Assembly: GCA_964234715.1 (NCBI GenBank)
Contig: OZ174291.1
Source: Podarcis melisellensis
Taxonomy: Eukaryota
Length of the DNA stretch: 64,000 bases
Strand: one strand, 5' to 3'
This document shows positions 14,400-29,116 of this stretch, piece by piece. Every line of letters begins with the position of its first letter. Positions within the stretch are counted from its first letter, which is position 1. Both the position numbers and the translations under genes were made by a program. The notes beneath the pieces were generated by a model. The model worked only from the letters and a program-made list of their open reading frames with translations, was not told where the DNA came from and did not search any database.

Positions 14400-15357
14400 C
14401 AGGAATACTAGCCCCACTTTCTAAGATTAGGGAGCACGTCTTTCAGATGGGGTGGGGCTTCCAGACAAAGTCAAGTCTCAGCACCATTTACAGTTAGTAC
14501 ATATGGTACTCCAAACTTAGTTTTTGCCACTCTAATTATTTAGAGTTCACTTTAGTAGAAGTTTGACAATACAGTAATAACTTGGAAATAAAGCAGCCTA
14601 AAAAAAATTGCTGCAGCCCTTCTTAAAGCCCTGGTTTCAGCTTCTAGTGTAAACAATATATATTTTTTCCTGAGCAGGGGAGCAGGAAAGGCCTACTGTT
14701 GACAAAAATGTGGTGACAGCAAAAGCAAAAACCCAACTATTTTGTTTGGGAAATATTGTTTCAGGCAAGTAGTCCTGAAAATGTCAGAAACTAGAGCACA
14801 GAAACATTTTTATCAGTCGTCTCAGAGGAATCAATATTTTGTTTGAAGGCATAAAAATATTTGACACAGTTCAAACACAAACAACGCTAGTTTTAGTTCA
14901 GTAATACTGTGGTAAGATCTGATAAGAAGTGCTTCATTTTGGCACCTTTCCACACAGCTGTGACATGTGTACCTTTTCACCACATCTGGTGATTTAGAGT
15001 TGGGAGAAGTTATGGGTTAAAAAGAAGTGTCAAAACTATATGGAGTCCAAGAAGAATCCGGATGGTTTTCATATTATAAATACTGTGTGTGTGTAAGACA
15101 GACAGACAGCCACCAAGAATGGATGGGAAGAAGAGAAAGGGATGAGCAACTAGCAATTACATAATTAGCAAGTAAGTTAGCTACAGGATTTCTGAGATAA
15201 TTCCAATGCACTGCTTAGAACATAACTTCTGCTGGTTGCTATGTTAAAAGCGCAATTTTTTAAAAAATCTCCATCCACATGGAGTCATACAGTGTACCAC
15301 AAGCAGACCTGAACTGTTTCAGGTACCACTGCAAATTGACTGCACTTGTGCTTTGTA

Positions 15358-15361
15358 CACA

Positions 15362-15425
<64 letters not shown>
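15358..15425. repeat. (CA)n(GA)n compound microsatellite
   Basis: Seen directly. Confidence 0.95.
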
Positions 15426-15427
<2 letters not shown>

Positions 15428-18385
15428 CAGGATTTTGTGAAGACACAGTTTCTAAGGATGAGGAAATGGGAAGCTGTAGCCACCAGAGTCCAGATGGTCA
15501 ACAGAAAGGATGAATTGAAAACTATTTACTGTTCCCAACCCTAATCCTGCTGAAAGCCATCTAATTAGATTTTAATTTGATCCTGACTTGTTTTTTAGGC
15601 GGTAATTTAATTATTGTTTGATTTTATACCAATGTTATATATTTAATGTTAGCCGCCCTGAGCCCAGTCTCAACCGGGGAGGACGGGATATAAATAAAAG
15701 TTGTTGTTGTTGTTGTCATCACCATCTTAGAGAGGTTAATGAAAAGCAAACACTAGAGAAGCGATAAAATAATAGCAAGAAATTACTGGATTCCCTACTC
15801 ACCTTTGGAAAGTTCCAAGGCTGCCCCATACTTCTGCACAAATATGTTACAAGGGTTATTTCAACAGAAAGTCAGAGGACAGATCTCTCCTGAGCTCTTA
15901 GAGGCATTTATTTAATCAGTTCTCCTCCTCTGAATGTCAATTATTCCTCCTTTATGAGGAATGCAGGCTTTGCTCCAATGCCTATTATGGGCAGAAGCCA
16001 TTTACTGTGGTCTAGTTATCGACGTACCCAGCTGATATACAGTGAATGGAAAGTGTAAGCTAAGCCTCAGATGTGAAGCAGGGTAAGTGCATACTAACAT
16101 TTATAAACCTGTAGCAAATCAGGTTTATTATGACAGACCATTACTGTATTAGAAAATACAAAAGACAAGTTGATAACAAAGACTCCCCCCCCAACAAAAC
16201 AAAACAAACAGATGGTGTAAAGTTTATCCACTGCTGATGTTGGAATTTTAATTCACTGGGTTGATAAGGCAATTGAATACCCTTCCTGAAATAACTGTCC
16301 TGGGCCAGGATCGGTTCCAGACACAGCAGCATATCACGATGAGTAAAGGGATTAAATCAAACATACACCCTGTGGGTGGTAACAAAGACTACCATTATGA
16401 AGGAATACTGAAGGGTGGCAGGTCAAGTCTCTTGTCTACCTTCTCAAAGTGCCTTCTCAGAGAAGTTATGCACTGAATAGCACCACCCTATAAAGATTGC
16501 AGCTGCTGGTGCATGTGGATACACAGTCCTGCTTGGCGTTCACAGCTTACTGTCTCATATCACTGAACTGTTTGATATAAACCTGTTCCAAATCTGAAGG
16601 ACAAGACCAATGCTCCAGTTCTCGGGCCAAGCATGCTAAAGGATGTTGGGTACCACATAATTAACGAAAGGCTTTAATCTGCCTAGGAGGATGGATGTTA
16701 ACGTATAAGCAAAAAGCTTGGGGGGAGAGAAGTGAAATGGACTACATTATTTCCCTCCAGCAAATGTGGTGCAAGGTGCCGTGGGCCACAACCTCTTGCT
16801 TTGCAGTGGAGAGAAAACCCCCCACTACTTCCCTGCCTTCGAAAACTCCCTATGCTCCCTGAAGCAACTCCTTTCACTAGAAAAAAGTTCTATTTGTAGG
16901 AAGAGAATGTACACAATCAAGGAGCTTTGCATTGGGCCATTGAATCCCAATGCCCCCCCCCCCGGCAATAGTCTTTGATCAATATCTGGTAGAGATGGAT
17001 ACAGGGTGTTCGTCTTTCACCATGCAGCTTGCTAATCGCCTGTACCTTTTAAGGAAAATTTTAATGAATGTCACTACTATACCTTTATCGTTTTTAGGTA
17101 AGCCACTTACATGATTTTTTTAAAAAAATTATTAAGCAGAACAAAAAAATATAACACATGCATCCTTTAGATGTTTCAAACTGCACAGTTTGATATCTGC
17201 AAATCATACTAGTAAGTCTGATTTTGCCAGATAAAGCCAGTGCTTTTTATCTCAATTTTCAAAGCCATTCCCACCTTGGAGAACAAGGTGGACTTGACTC
17301 CTTCATAATCATAAGTCCACTTAGGTCTTCATCAGGATGCAGCTTTGCTTGACTTTGTCAGATACATCATGTATCATTCACTCAAAAGCAGAAAGAGAAC
17401 CAGAAAGATCACACTGTGGGTACTGCTGAACTGGGTGATCAAGGAATAAGCTCTCAAAGTACTTTGGAACAAAGCAAAATTGAGGAAGGGGGGGAGAACT
17501 TGAGAGTCGCTGTTGGCTAATAATATACAATTTGCCATGTCATTCACAGCAACCAATTTAATTACAAGTATTGTTGTTCGGGAGCAATTGAAGATATTCA
17601 TTGTCTAACTTTAAATTTGCATTTCCATGTGCTCATTAATAACCATGAACAGTGCTATTAAAAAAACAAAAGCTATTAAGAAAGATTTAAAACAAAGACA
17701 TCTCATTTGCATACAATTCCAGTTATTTTTAGCACAGGCACGGAACATTTCTGAAGTCTCATTCATAGGACTAATTTTTTGTGGGGGTGGGGAGCTGAGC
17801 ACTTAAGGCAACCTATCCCAACCTGGTGCCATCTGTTCTGGTTGGAGCTGATGGGAGTTGTAGCCTAAAACATCTGGCACCAAGCTGGGTAAAGCTGCCT
17901 TGCTTGGAATCGTTACTTGGCTAGGGCATTAACACAAGTCCCAGTTCAGTGGACACATAAGTGCTATGTAACTGGCTGTCACAGATACACCTCTCTTCCC
18001 ACAGTTCAGATATTTTAGTCTCTTTTCTCCCAGGCCATTCACTCTTAAAAGTGAACGGTAACCTCAGGGATGCGTGAACAGTTTCTTGGAGAGACAAAGA
18101 CACATTTATTCCCTTCCTATCTGTTAGCTGATTGAGTCAGGGATCACAGTGCCAGTCTTCTGCCATCTCCTCAAGAGTTCTCTTTCATGCTGGAGGGAAA
18201 TAAGACATCTCTCTCCAGCCCTCCCCCCTGCCCCAAAGCTTTATGCTTCCATTGTAAGCTCTATCCTCCTAGGCACAATAAGATATACTTATGGGCTCCT
18301 GTGAGAACTCAAGAATGTGAGAGCTACCGAGTAAGAACTAAAGTGAGCATTGGCTGTCTTATATACTTCAATTGTACTTCTAGTG

Positions 18386-18717
18386 CAGGGGCCTGCAACC
18401 TTTAAGACAAAAAGAGCCACTTGGACCCGTTTCCGAAGGAAAAAACAACTGGGAGCCGCAAAACCATTGCGACATTTAAAACAAATATATCTCCGGAGCC
18501 GCGATCTGACAGCGGGCGGGAAGGTGACGTTGGGACGGTGCGTGACTAACGCACGCACTGCCCCCATGCGACGCCACAGCCAGTACAGCGCCCGCCACAG
18601 TGGGGAGTGTCGGGGCGCACAATGCACCACCTCCCCTCACTAATATCCGCCCCGGAGCCGCGGCAAAGGTGTAAAAGAGCCACATGCGGCTCCGGAGCCG
18701 CGGGTTGCAGCCCCTTG
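18386..18717. mobile_element. hAT MITE, CpG-rich and young
   Basis: TIR caggggcctgcaacc / ggttgcagccccttg; perfect 8-bp TSD TTCTAGTG. Confidence 0.9.
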
Positions 18718-18905
18718 TTCTAGTGTATTGGAACACATTTGTAAACAGCTAGCTATTCCATATAAAATATGCAGTAGGTCACAAGGAAAGGAGGGGCAAC
18801 AGCTTCATTCTCTGCAGAGTGATGCTGTGTTTTAACAAGGAATATATCCATAGGGTTCAAGGTCCCAACAGGTTAAAAATAAGCAAATACCCCTTTAACA
18901 TGGGC

Positions 18906-19053
18906 TAGAGCTTTCCAAACTTTTCATGTTGGTGACACACTTTTCAGACATGCATTTCATGACACAGTAATTCAGTTTTACTAGCAAACTGGAGGTTAAA
19001 CTAGCTGCAGCCGACACACTAACATGTCATGACACACAGTGTGGAAAGCTCTG
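18906..19053. mobile_element. Small hAT-like MITE
   Basis: TIR agagctttcca / tggaaagctct. Confidence 0.6.
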
Positions 19054-21099
19054 GGCTAGGGCTACTCTTTTAACCCTGATAGCTCAGCTCTGCGTTAAGC
19101 ATGGAGATTAGTGAAAAGGATTCATGCAGGACTGGCATTTCTCTCTCCTAATAAAGGGCTACAAGAGGAGGGAGATGGTGCTAGGGAAAGGAGAAGGTAT
19201 GGCTGAGCAAGGGGAATTCAGGTGGCCAGTCTTATATAGTTAATTTACTGCTTATTTCCAGGAAGGCTTAATCTGATTTGTAGACCGTAGCCTAAATAAC
19301 TGTAAAATGCCATTGTGTTTGTCTTCCAACTTCACCTTCATTCCGAAAGTCGCCATTACTAAACAATAAAAGAATGTCTCTATTTTCCTTGACGTGTAGG
19401 TGGCTTCTGTGAGACTTGAATGCTGGCTGGTAAGCACCCTGAACAGGAGCACTCCCAGGTCCCACTTGTGATCAAAACACACTTCTGGGATTCTACTGGC
19501 AGCCCATAAAACAAGATGACTAAAAATGTGTGCGCTGAGTAGCAAGAGCAGAACCTAGCAGTAAGGAAATTCCACAAACGTTGAAGGAAGCTCTTTTCCT
19601 AGAGCATAAAGAAGTGTTAGCAGAACTGAAGAGCAGAGAACCCTATGACAAGAAGCCAAGCGCTAAAGATTTGTCGTATTTTTTACCATCACACTTCCAA
19701 AGAAACCAAGAATTCTCCCTATTAAGGCTAACCTGATTTGTCAGAAAAAAGCAGGTGGATCAGTGTTTTCCAGACACAGACTTGTAAACTCAAATGCGGG
19801 GGGGGGGGGGGAGAGGAAACCATGTGAACAAAGGCCCAACAGGAGCCTAAAACCTTTGCTTCAAACCCAACAGATTAAGTGACTGCACATGGGTACTAAT
19901 GATTTGCCTTCAAGGAAACATGCCTGCATTTGCAAGTATGCAGACTGTGGCATTATCAGGCACCACAAGGCATATGTTTCCACTGCCACAGCTTCTTCGA
20001 ATGAATGCTTGGAGTTACAGTTCTGCAAGAGTGTCAGGCACCTCTTAGGAACTCTCCTCTGCACCTATGGGAAGTGCAAGAAGGGAAACCATAATACCAC
20101 CCACACCAGCTGCATGCACATCCTTCATCCTCACCACCTAGAGCCATCTCCCGCCTGTGAAAAGCAGAATGGGAAAGGGCATGTGTGAACCTGAGCTGCG
20201 GTTTTGATCAGTCCTCAGAATAATTCCCATGTAAAAATACATCTGGACAGCCGACTGCCTTCAATTATGAGACAGGAGCTGCCCTAGATAAAGGAAGTGA
20301 CATCCTATGGAAAAGGTAGCTTCCACCCCCGCTGTGCTTGCTAGTTAATGTAAGAGAAACACAAAGGTAGTCTACGGACTCTGCCTCAGAAGTATAATTC
20401 TCCGAGGCAGCTCATTAATAATTTTCATCCTTCAGCAAGAAAAGCAACTGTGGTTTAGGTGAATACAAGAAGGGAAGAGAAAGGTTTTCGAAAAAAATTC
20501 CTTGGCATTAATTAAAGACTTAAATCTACTGAACATACACTGTACGGACACAATTAGCAAATTAAAGTGGAAGAAAATTCACTAGCCTACAATGGTTTCC
20601 TTCATTTAAGATAAAACGGCAATATTAGTAATAGTGAGCAATTTTTAAAAGAACTTTAGAGTGTTCAAAACACTTTATACATGTATCTTCCCCATGTTAC
20701 AGATGTTTAACTGTCTTTAGTCAGAAGTTGGCCATTTATTATTGCCAGTCCCACGTTATAAATACTCTTGAAGCAGAGACTGGTTTTGACTTGTGTCTCT
20801 TGAAGGCTTTTTTATGTTGACGTGCCTTTATTATTACCCCCGTATTGCACAGGGAAGATTCAAACCCAAGGAATTCCTTATTTGTACTACAGCCTCTATG
20901 CTACATGAGTTTACAAAGGTACAACTGAAAGTTTAATTTTCCATCACAGAAATACCGGTATGTCAGGGTTTTGGCACAGCTCTACCTTCATTATTGTGAA
21001 ATACAAGTTTGCAGTACAGATTTTCCAGCAACGAATCCCATAAACATCACATTCTGTCCAAAATGATGTTTACTTCTCCATGATGGCAAAAAATCACTA

Positions 21100-21460
21100 T
21101 ACCTCCAGGACTGCCTCTCGCCATATGAACCCCTGCCTGGACCCTGAGATCATCCACTGAGGCCATTCTGCATGTACCTCCTCCGCTAGAGCTCCAGAGA
21201 ATAGCAAAAAGAGAATGGGCCTTTTCTGCTGTGGCTCCCAGTTTGTGGAATCCTCTCTCCAGGGAGGTTCATCTGGCGCCTTCTTTACACACTTTTAGGT
21301 GCTAGGTGAAAACACACCTCTTTAACCAGGCCTTTGGCTGATTGACAATTAATGCCCTTTTAAATGTATTGTGGAAAGGGGGGTTATTGAGTTGTCTTTG
21401 TTGATATTGTAATTTTATGTTGTAAACCCACCCTGGGTGTAGGGCGTTAAATAAATAATA
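21100..21460 (+). mobile_element. L2 LINE 3' fragment
   Basis: gggccttttctgctgtggctccc..tgtggaat L2 3' motif followed by an A-rich tail. Confidence 0.65.
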
Positions 21461-22373
21461 AAATAAAAATTATATTTTGACTGAACCAGCTCAAGACATC
21501 CTTATCAAAAAGGCATACTGGTAGCTTCACCATTTTCTACATTAAAGAAAAAAAGGGGGGGTAGACTATGCCACCAACAGAATGATTAAAAAAGAGAGGG
21601 GCAATATTAAAGAGTAGCTGTAGATTAAATAAGTGCTTGATTATGCCACTGCTGCAACCAGTATTTCATGAAATTGAATTACAGAAATTCTTTACTATTG
21701 ATTTATAGGGCTGTTATTTCAAAATACGTCAGAACTAAAAATATACCTGTACAGCTGTAGACCTTTTTTTTTTTTAGGAGATCATATACTATTTTAAAAT
21801 CAATAAACCAGACGCCGATCTGATTTGGCATACTACACATGCTAAAATACAACACATACTTTCAACATGGGCAAGTGTTTAAAGCTATTTTTGCACAAAA
21901 GATTTTAGGAAAGCAAATGAAATAAAATGGGAATAAAATTAGCCCACAACTGGGTATGGTCAGCAAGATATCCCAAAAGGCATTAGGATTATTGATCACA
22001 AGAAATTCTTTTAATATGGTCCATTAACTACAAGGCAGCTGGCTGTGGCAGCCGCCTGTAAAAATTGTTTAATGATTCAGTTTTAATTGCAGTGTGGTAG
22101 TTCTAATAATCATCATGTTCAGTAATAGAAGGCAACTGCCCTTCTAGAAGACAACTGCCCCTCATTTCACTGACCCATAGTCGCTTAAAAGAGTAAATTG
22201 CCACACTTGTTTTACTGCCCAGAGTTATAATTTTCAAATTCTTGTTCAATACTGCAAACATGTGCAGAATACTGAAAATATATCCCCCCAAATAAACAGG
22301 ATTCTAGAAGCTGCCAGAAATTCTGATGTGAAAATTTGCTTAAGTACCGTACTTAGAACAAGAATTTAGAATA

Positions 22374-22601
22374 CAGTGGTACCTCGGGTTACATACGCAT
22401 CAGGTTACATACGCTTCAGGTTACAGACTCCGCTAACCCAGAAATAGTACCTCGGGTTAAGAACTTTGCTTCAAGATGAGAACAGCGGCACAGTGGTAGC
22501 AGGAGGCCCCATTAGCTAAAGTGGTGCTTCAGGTTAAGAACAGTTTCAGGTTAAGAACGGACCTCCGGAACAAATTAAGTACTTAACCCGAGGTACCACT
22601 G
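22374..22601. mobile_element. Tc1/mariner (Tigger-like) MITE, family A
   Basis: TIR CAGTGGTACCTCGGGTTA, TA TSD. Confidence 0.9.
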
Positions 22602-25494
22602 TACCTTTTAAACCAGGCTTATAAATAAGCCCATAGTCTGCATCTGTATTGGAGCTATTTTTAAATTTTGTTATTGTTTTACATTTATTTTATGGTTGCG
22701 ATAGTTTTGTTCATAGTTGCATACTTTATTGCTGCAACCCATCCTGGGACATTGTGGTGAAGGGTGCATACGAAATCTATTAAAATAAATAAAATAAACG
22801 TTACTAGCCTCAAAAGCAAGAACAATAAACTTTAATTGCCTGTTGGGAGGGGGTGTCGGCTCTGTTCCCTCCTCCAGCAACCTGCCGCATTTCTATGAGG
22901 GATGTGGCGGACAACTCTGGAAGTCCAAGGTATTTCCTTGGTCAATACAAAGCACAGTGTTTAGAGTTTAAAAAAGCAACAGCAATATAATATCCCAGAT
23001 TTTAAAAAAAAATATTCCCATTCAATCTTTATTGAGTAAGACCAACCATCTGTCTAGTTCAGTATTATCTACAGACTGGCGTGGCCCTGCAGAGCTTGAG
23101 ACCAGAAATCTTTCACAGCCCAACCTGGAGATGCTGTGGATTGAACCAAGATGCAAAGCAGATGCTCTATCTCCAAACCACAGCCCTATTAGAACCCCTC
23201 ATGAAAACGGGAGAACATTCCAAGCATTACCTTAAGGAGGAGTGGCCACAGCTCAGAATATGCTTTGCATCAGAGGACCCCAGGTATAAACTCTGCTCTC
23301 TCTGGTCAAAGCAGATCAGGAAACAGGGTTGTGCAACGTATTTGCATGGAGACCGTGGGAGAATTGACTCACCTTACCCAACTTGCAACTTCTAAAGGAA
23401 CTGGATCCCACACTTCATTATTATTTTGATTGGGTGGACCATGTGTCTCAGGTGGAAGATGCTAACACTTACTGGTCAACACTCTCCCCACCCCATAAGT
23501 GGTGATAAACAGCTTGAAAACAGCTTGACCTACCACAGTAATGGCCTTTGCATCTGAGCCCACAAGTGTTCTTCCACACAAATCCTTACATTTTCCCTCA
23601 CCATAATGGTTTTTAAAAAGATATTCTCAAAATGCTCACTTCTGTGTCAGATACTGAGCTTCATGTATGCATAATTAGATACACTGTCCATGAGGAATAC
23701 TCAGAGGAATCTCCTCTTCCCCACAACCTATTGATCTTAGTTATAAAACTGTTTCCTTCCTTCCTGTTTTCTCCTTCTTCAAACAGAAGCCCTTGGATGG
23801 CTGCTGCTAGCCATCCAATATTCACTTGCTCCAAAGACTGAGCAATATGCGGTTTCATCTTCTTACTAATTTAATTTGACTTTGCTAATTTTTTTGCCAC
23901 ATGCTTCCAACTTTCACCAGCTAGGCCTGCTCCAGCCCATTGGATATTTCAGCTCCCAAGGATCTTCTGAGGTTGCTCCTGGCAACCTAGTACATTTAAG
24001 TGCTCATCCTTTGCCACTATCTCAAATATTATTTATTTCATTTAAGAGCCACCCAAACACAATAGTTCTCTGGGTGACACACAAATATATATTTTTAAAT
24101 ACATTTTTGAAAACTCAACAAAAATTAGAGCAACAAACACTTTAATGATACAAAAAAAACCGTTTTGACGCAGATATATCAAGATTGAAACATCACACAC
24201 AATTAATACAGAGTCAAAGCAATAAATTTCACACAGCTGTAGAAGCATGCTAAAACCACAGTGTAATGTGAAGATTAAACGTTTAGAGATTTAAATCTAA
24301 AGATTTAAAAGGCCTGAGAAAATAAAAAGGCCTTTGCCTAGTACCAAGAAGACATTAAGGTGGGCACCAAGTGGAACTCTTGTGAGTACTCTGTACAAAC
24401 AACCTTGGCAGATAAAAGTAATTAATAAAACAAAAGCCAGATGCTTACATCACTCCTGAATGCACAGACACTACTGAAATCAAATGATGTGCAACTGGCA
24501 GAGTGACTGCACCCCCATAGCCTCTCAGACAGCCCCCCTCTCTCACACTACTTGCCTAGGGCCAACTGTGTCCTTATCCTTGTCCAGAAACACCAGCAAA
24601 AGCTTGCATTTTGCCTTAAATACCTTGATTCTGATAAAAGCACTTCTGAATCTTGAATTTAAGTGAAGCCTGAAGGAATTGGGGGGGGGGGTTGTCTCAC
24701 AACATTTGTAGCTTTTAAAAAGAGAGATTCACATAAAATATTCAGTTTACACAACAATGTGAAATCTCAAGTTATTCAGGTACCATTTAGTTATTTGCGG
24801 GAGCGGGTTTTTTTGGGGGGGGGCACGGGCTTATTTTTTTCCTTAGTGCTTTTAAACTACATCAGAATTTCAAACGCTAGATCTAACGTGAGCTAGGCTT
24901 ATTTTATGACACATGAGCATCCACCGTAGTGGTTACAGCACTGAACAAGGGAGAGCAGAGTTCAAATCCCTGATCAGTCATGAAGCTCACTTCAGGTGAG
25001 TCAATATCCAGCTGAAGTTGAACTACAGGATTATTGTAAGGAAAAAATAGAATAGCCCTAAAATCAGCTCCACGGAGGAAGGGTGGGGTACAAATGTTAA
25101 AGAGAATGAGAAATTAACCATGGGTGTGATTCGCGTCAGAACACAAGATGCAAAAGGTGTACACATGGAATCTGGGGGTGCCACTGCTGAAACTTCAAAG
25201 GATGTATAGTGAAGGATGGGGAAGCAAACTTATAACTTTTTTTAAAAAGGGGGAACACTGGAAACAGAGAGTATTGGCCCAATTTGATATTTCTTTTATA
25301 TCATTTCAGCAACTTTGATGTAGCCCAACATGCTATTAATTTCAGATCTATTTTCCCCTCTGGAAAAAGCTTTCATTCAAGTCTAATAAATACTAACATT
25401 TCAAGCAATGCTGGCTTCTCTCCCCTACCCTGCCCCAAGCAAAGTTCTTTGCAGTATATGCTACTATGGTTAAAAACACCTTTGCTTTGCTCAC

Positions 25495-25685
25495 CTCTAT
25501 ATTGAAGGCATGTTCCTCCATTTTCTCAACCTCTGCATCTGCCAGGGGATTCTTCAGGTTCTGCAAGAACAGTGCAGCTTTTCTTTTTCGTTCCGCCTGA
25601 AGCTGCTTTTCTTTCGATTCCTTGGAGGCTTGGGCTAGCTTTTCCCTTGCCGCCGCCGCTAATCTGTCCTCTAGTTTCTGCTTTG
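25495..25685 (-). CDS. SFSWAP: SFSWAP internal exon ([48 protein letters not shown]...FNIE); absent from the ORF track
   Basis: Manual translation nearly identical to human SFSWAP; acceptor ttttttcccctAG, donor GAG|GTGAGC; 191 nt, phase 1 to 0. Confidence 0.95.
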
Positions 25686-26589
25686 CTAGGGGAAAAAAGG
25701 GATACAGAATGTGGAGAGTTTACAAGGAGGTAACTTGCTTACCACATTAGGAGGTCAACAGTTTTTTAGCCTGAGCTGCACCCTTGAGTCTAGAAAATGT
25801 ACATCGATGTAGCTCCTAAAGAGCACCTTGGGATATATATATGCCGTAAAATGCAGTAGAAGCTGTACAAAATGAAAGCAGAGGGGAGAAACCATTTGGC
25901 TGGGAGAGATTAAAAGACAAAACAATGCAAGATTATGAACACTGGACTAGGAAGAAAGGGGGGAAAATGAGGTTTGTAATAGAGTGCAACAGAAACTGAG
26001 AGTTCAGTTCACCAAGAGAGAGAAGTCACAGAAATGAACAACAGAACAGGAGAGGAGGTTTAATAGGAATGTCAGGACCACTGGCTCAGCTAACTCAGAA
26101 ATGTCTATAAAGACAAGCAACAACTATTCAGGGTTTGAGACAGGGATTCTTCCCAGTTCTATGTAGATACCAGAGAATGGCTTTTCAAATGTAAAAAACT
26201 GAACTACAAGCCGTAAATTAGTGTCTGATGAATGGAGAGACTGAGATGGGGAACAGGGAGCATGCAACATAGATAGATAAGGAGGCACAAGACCATGGCG
26301 AGACTTAAAGGTTAAAAGGAAGAAATTGAAACTTAATACAAAACAATAGAGGAAGCCAGTGGAGTGAAACATATAGAGAGTAACATGATTTAAGTAAGAA
26401 GAAGAAAAAGTTAACAGCCTGAGAAATCCTTTTGGATAAAGGTGCATGCTGCAAAATTTTGTGGGGTGCATTCTTGCTTATGAATAGATAGGACTGGATG
26501 TGATCTGCTCTGGTTGGGGTCACACTCCCTCAAAAGTAGCCAATACATAGCCTGTTTTTTTTCTGGGGCTTTTTTTTGTTTGAGGCTCA

Positions 26590-26990
26590 AGTAGCTTTGG
26601 TGGTGTGGAGTGCCTTCCATCAGCTTCGACTGGTGGATCAGTGCACCCTTCTGAACAGGGACAGCCTAACCTCCGTTGTCTATGCCCTGGTAACCACTAG
26701 GTTGAATTACTGCAATGTGTTGTAGGTTGGGTTGCCTTTTAAAACAGTTCAAAAAGTACAGCTGAAGCACAATTTGGCAGCTAGACTGCTGACAGGGGCA
26801 AGGCAGTCTGAAAATACAACACCATTTCTGGTCCAACTAGTTTCGAGGCTAATTTGAGGTGCTGGTTTTGACTGACAGAGCTGTTATGCAGCTCAGTCCA
26901 TTTCAGTGGTGGCACTATGCTTGTGGAATGCACTCACCAGGGAGGCACAACTGGTGGCATCTTTATATCTTTTTGGGTATCCAGAAACAA
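26590..26990 (+). mobile_element. L2 LINE fragment (a second L2 piece on the minus strand at about 26130-26480)
   Basis: Degenerate ALVTTRLNYCN / AARLLTG coding remnant. Confidence 0.6.
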
Positions 26991-29050
26991 CTTTTTTCTT
27001 TACTTGGGATTTTGGCCCTTAATTTGAGATCTACTTGTATATAATTTCATACCCACTGACTCTCCCCGACTACCTAAGATGGTTGGACAAGAATGAGGAG
27101 GGGGGCTCTCCACACAGAGTTTGCAGGGTGTATGTATAAGCCATATGGTTTTAGAAATGTACCTGATGAATTAGCCTAGAAACCAATCATTTCAGAGCAC
27201 AGATTTCTCAAAGCATTGACAGAACCTATCTCTTGCATTATGTAATAGTATTCTGTAATTCCTCAGTGTATACAGAGGCACCTAAATTCTTCACTCTTGA
27301 GTATCTTACAGACCATATGGCTGCAACAGCTTCAATACGTCACCACTGGCATTTCAGAATTATGAGAAAGAGCAGCACCATGTAGGTGCACCTGGAGACC
27401 TGCCACAAGTTAGGTTATAGAATTCCTTGTGGAAATGCTAGCCCCCAACCCTTTTCATTTCTCTTTCAGGGTCATCTTTGCACTGAAGGTGCCCATGGAT
27501 AAAATTATCAGCTCCAAAATCCTTTAACTGAATTAGGATATCTCCCACATCTTGTGCATGTGTCTGCTGTTACCATCCTCCAGGAATAATTACATCCCTG
27601 GTTTATACCTGCACTGTCTACCCCTGCTTCTGCTCTGTCTGTTGTGCTTTTCATTAAACTCTTGTCTTGGCTACTTTTAAATGTGCTTAATGTAATTTGT
27701 GACAATGCCAAACGCTTGCTGAGATGAGGAGGACAAAAGAAAATAGCAAACTCTCCCCTGCCCCTGGGTCTATTTCCAAACCCAGCAAAGAGAAGTCTCT
27801 ATAGGAGTGGTTCCCAAAGTGTAGTCCATCAGCCTCATTCAGGTAGTCTGCTGTGGTGACTAAGTTTTAGCATATATTGTTATAATTGATAAACGAAAGG
27901 TAGAAAAATCAGTAAGTGATCCATTAAGAGCCTCAGTAATTTTGAGGCGGTGGAGGTTAGGGGTTGGGAATACCCACAACTGAAAATATGAGTAACTGGA
28001 ACAAGACATTCAGAATTACTGATGGACAATAGTTTACAGTGGGATGGACAATGTGGTAATTAAGCCACTTGAACAATGGAAAACATGGAACTGTGGGTGG
28101 TGAATCCCAAGCTGTAAAGAGGTAATTGGTCAAATTCAAACCACATGCCAATGAACTTGAACTTATAATGCCTTAAATACCACTATTAGCTGAATGAAAT
28201 AGCTTAATTGATTTGTGGATTATATGTTTCTTGGATTGTGGATCTTGCTATTATGGATTAATGGGATTGCTCTTTTACACTAATTTACATGGGAGTAAGC
28301 TCCAATGAATTGAATGGGACTGAACAGATATGCCTAGGATGTGCAGTTACAGAATAATGGTGTCTTCAGTAGAGTAAACTTTAACATGTTCCATGGATTA
28401 ACAGCTCACATGTACACATTTTCACAGAGGAACAATCATTAACGCCCCAGCAAATAAAATTGAACAAGGAGTAAGGGAAGTGTTTTCAGAAATGCACTGG
28501 GAACAGAGCTATTACCCTACATCCTAGCATTACTTTAAAAGCAAGAAGCACATTTTTACACAAGAACCCAGCGCAAGAGCAGTAAAATATTTCTAATTCT
28601 GTGGCACCACCATCAACATTTCTAAGCAGCTAAATTCCTTCAAGCTCATCATTAAAGTTCCAAATATCACATTTTCCAGCATTTCACACTTTTGATTCTA
28701 TAATGATCAGCTGCGACTAATCAGAAGTATATTATGTCTGTTTCAATTTTCTCATTTCAAGTTTGGGCAAATGCTCACACCTTTTGGGATTTATATACAT
28801 ATTTAAAATGTATTTAATATGAGCATTATATAAAAAAGAAACCACTAAATAGTTCTTTTTTTCACGAAGACCTACCATTTAACCTTGAAAAGTAAACATA
28901 CAGCTTTCCTGACTGTTAGTTCTCTTTCAAGAATGTTATAAGGAGTTTTTACAAAAGATTAGCAAATATATTTAAATATATTATAGATCCATTTTCAGAA
29001 TGAGAAACATTCCTCCTTTAATTTGATGTTTAGCAGTTGTTTTTTTTTAC

Positions 29051-29116
29051 CTGCAGACATGAAATAATGAATTCATAGTTAACTATAGAACCCGACACTC
29101 CAAAAGGAGCGTCTTC
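29051..29116 (-). other. SFSWAP: Candidate 66-nt poison cassette exon of SFSWAP
   Basis: ttctcctacAG|GAAGACG...CTGCAG|GTAAAA; in-frame TAA after GRRSFWSVGFYS. Confidence 0.5.

Noticed and set aside
14090-14497. Poly-Lys ORFs here and at 40220-40693
   Set aside because: Translations of the (GAA)n tail and antisense body of a SINE, not genes.
15797-16110. Strong minus-strand donor AAG|GTGAGT at about 15802 (similar one at about 53242)
   Set aside because: No convincing paired acceptor or polypyrimidine tract; such sites occur by chance in long introns.
18289-18736. CpG-rich patch with overlapping ORFs, resembling a CpG island or promoter
   Set aside because: Coincides with a young hAT MITE that has an 8-bp TSD.
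27145-27186. CTGATGA...GAAACC hammerhead-like core (CTGATGAAG also at about 54162 and, on the minus strand, about 17330)
   Set aside because: Stems I and II cannot be formed convincingly, or GAAA is missing; at most decayed Penelope-like remnants.
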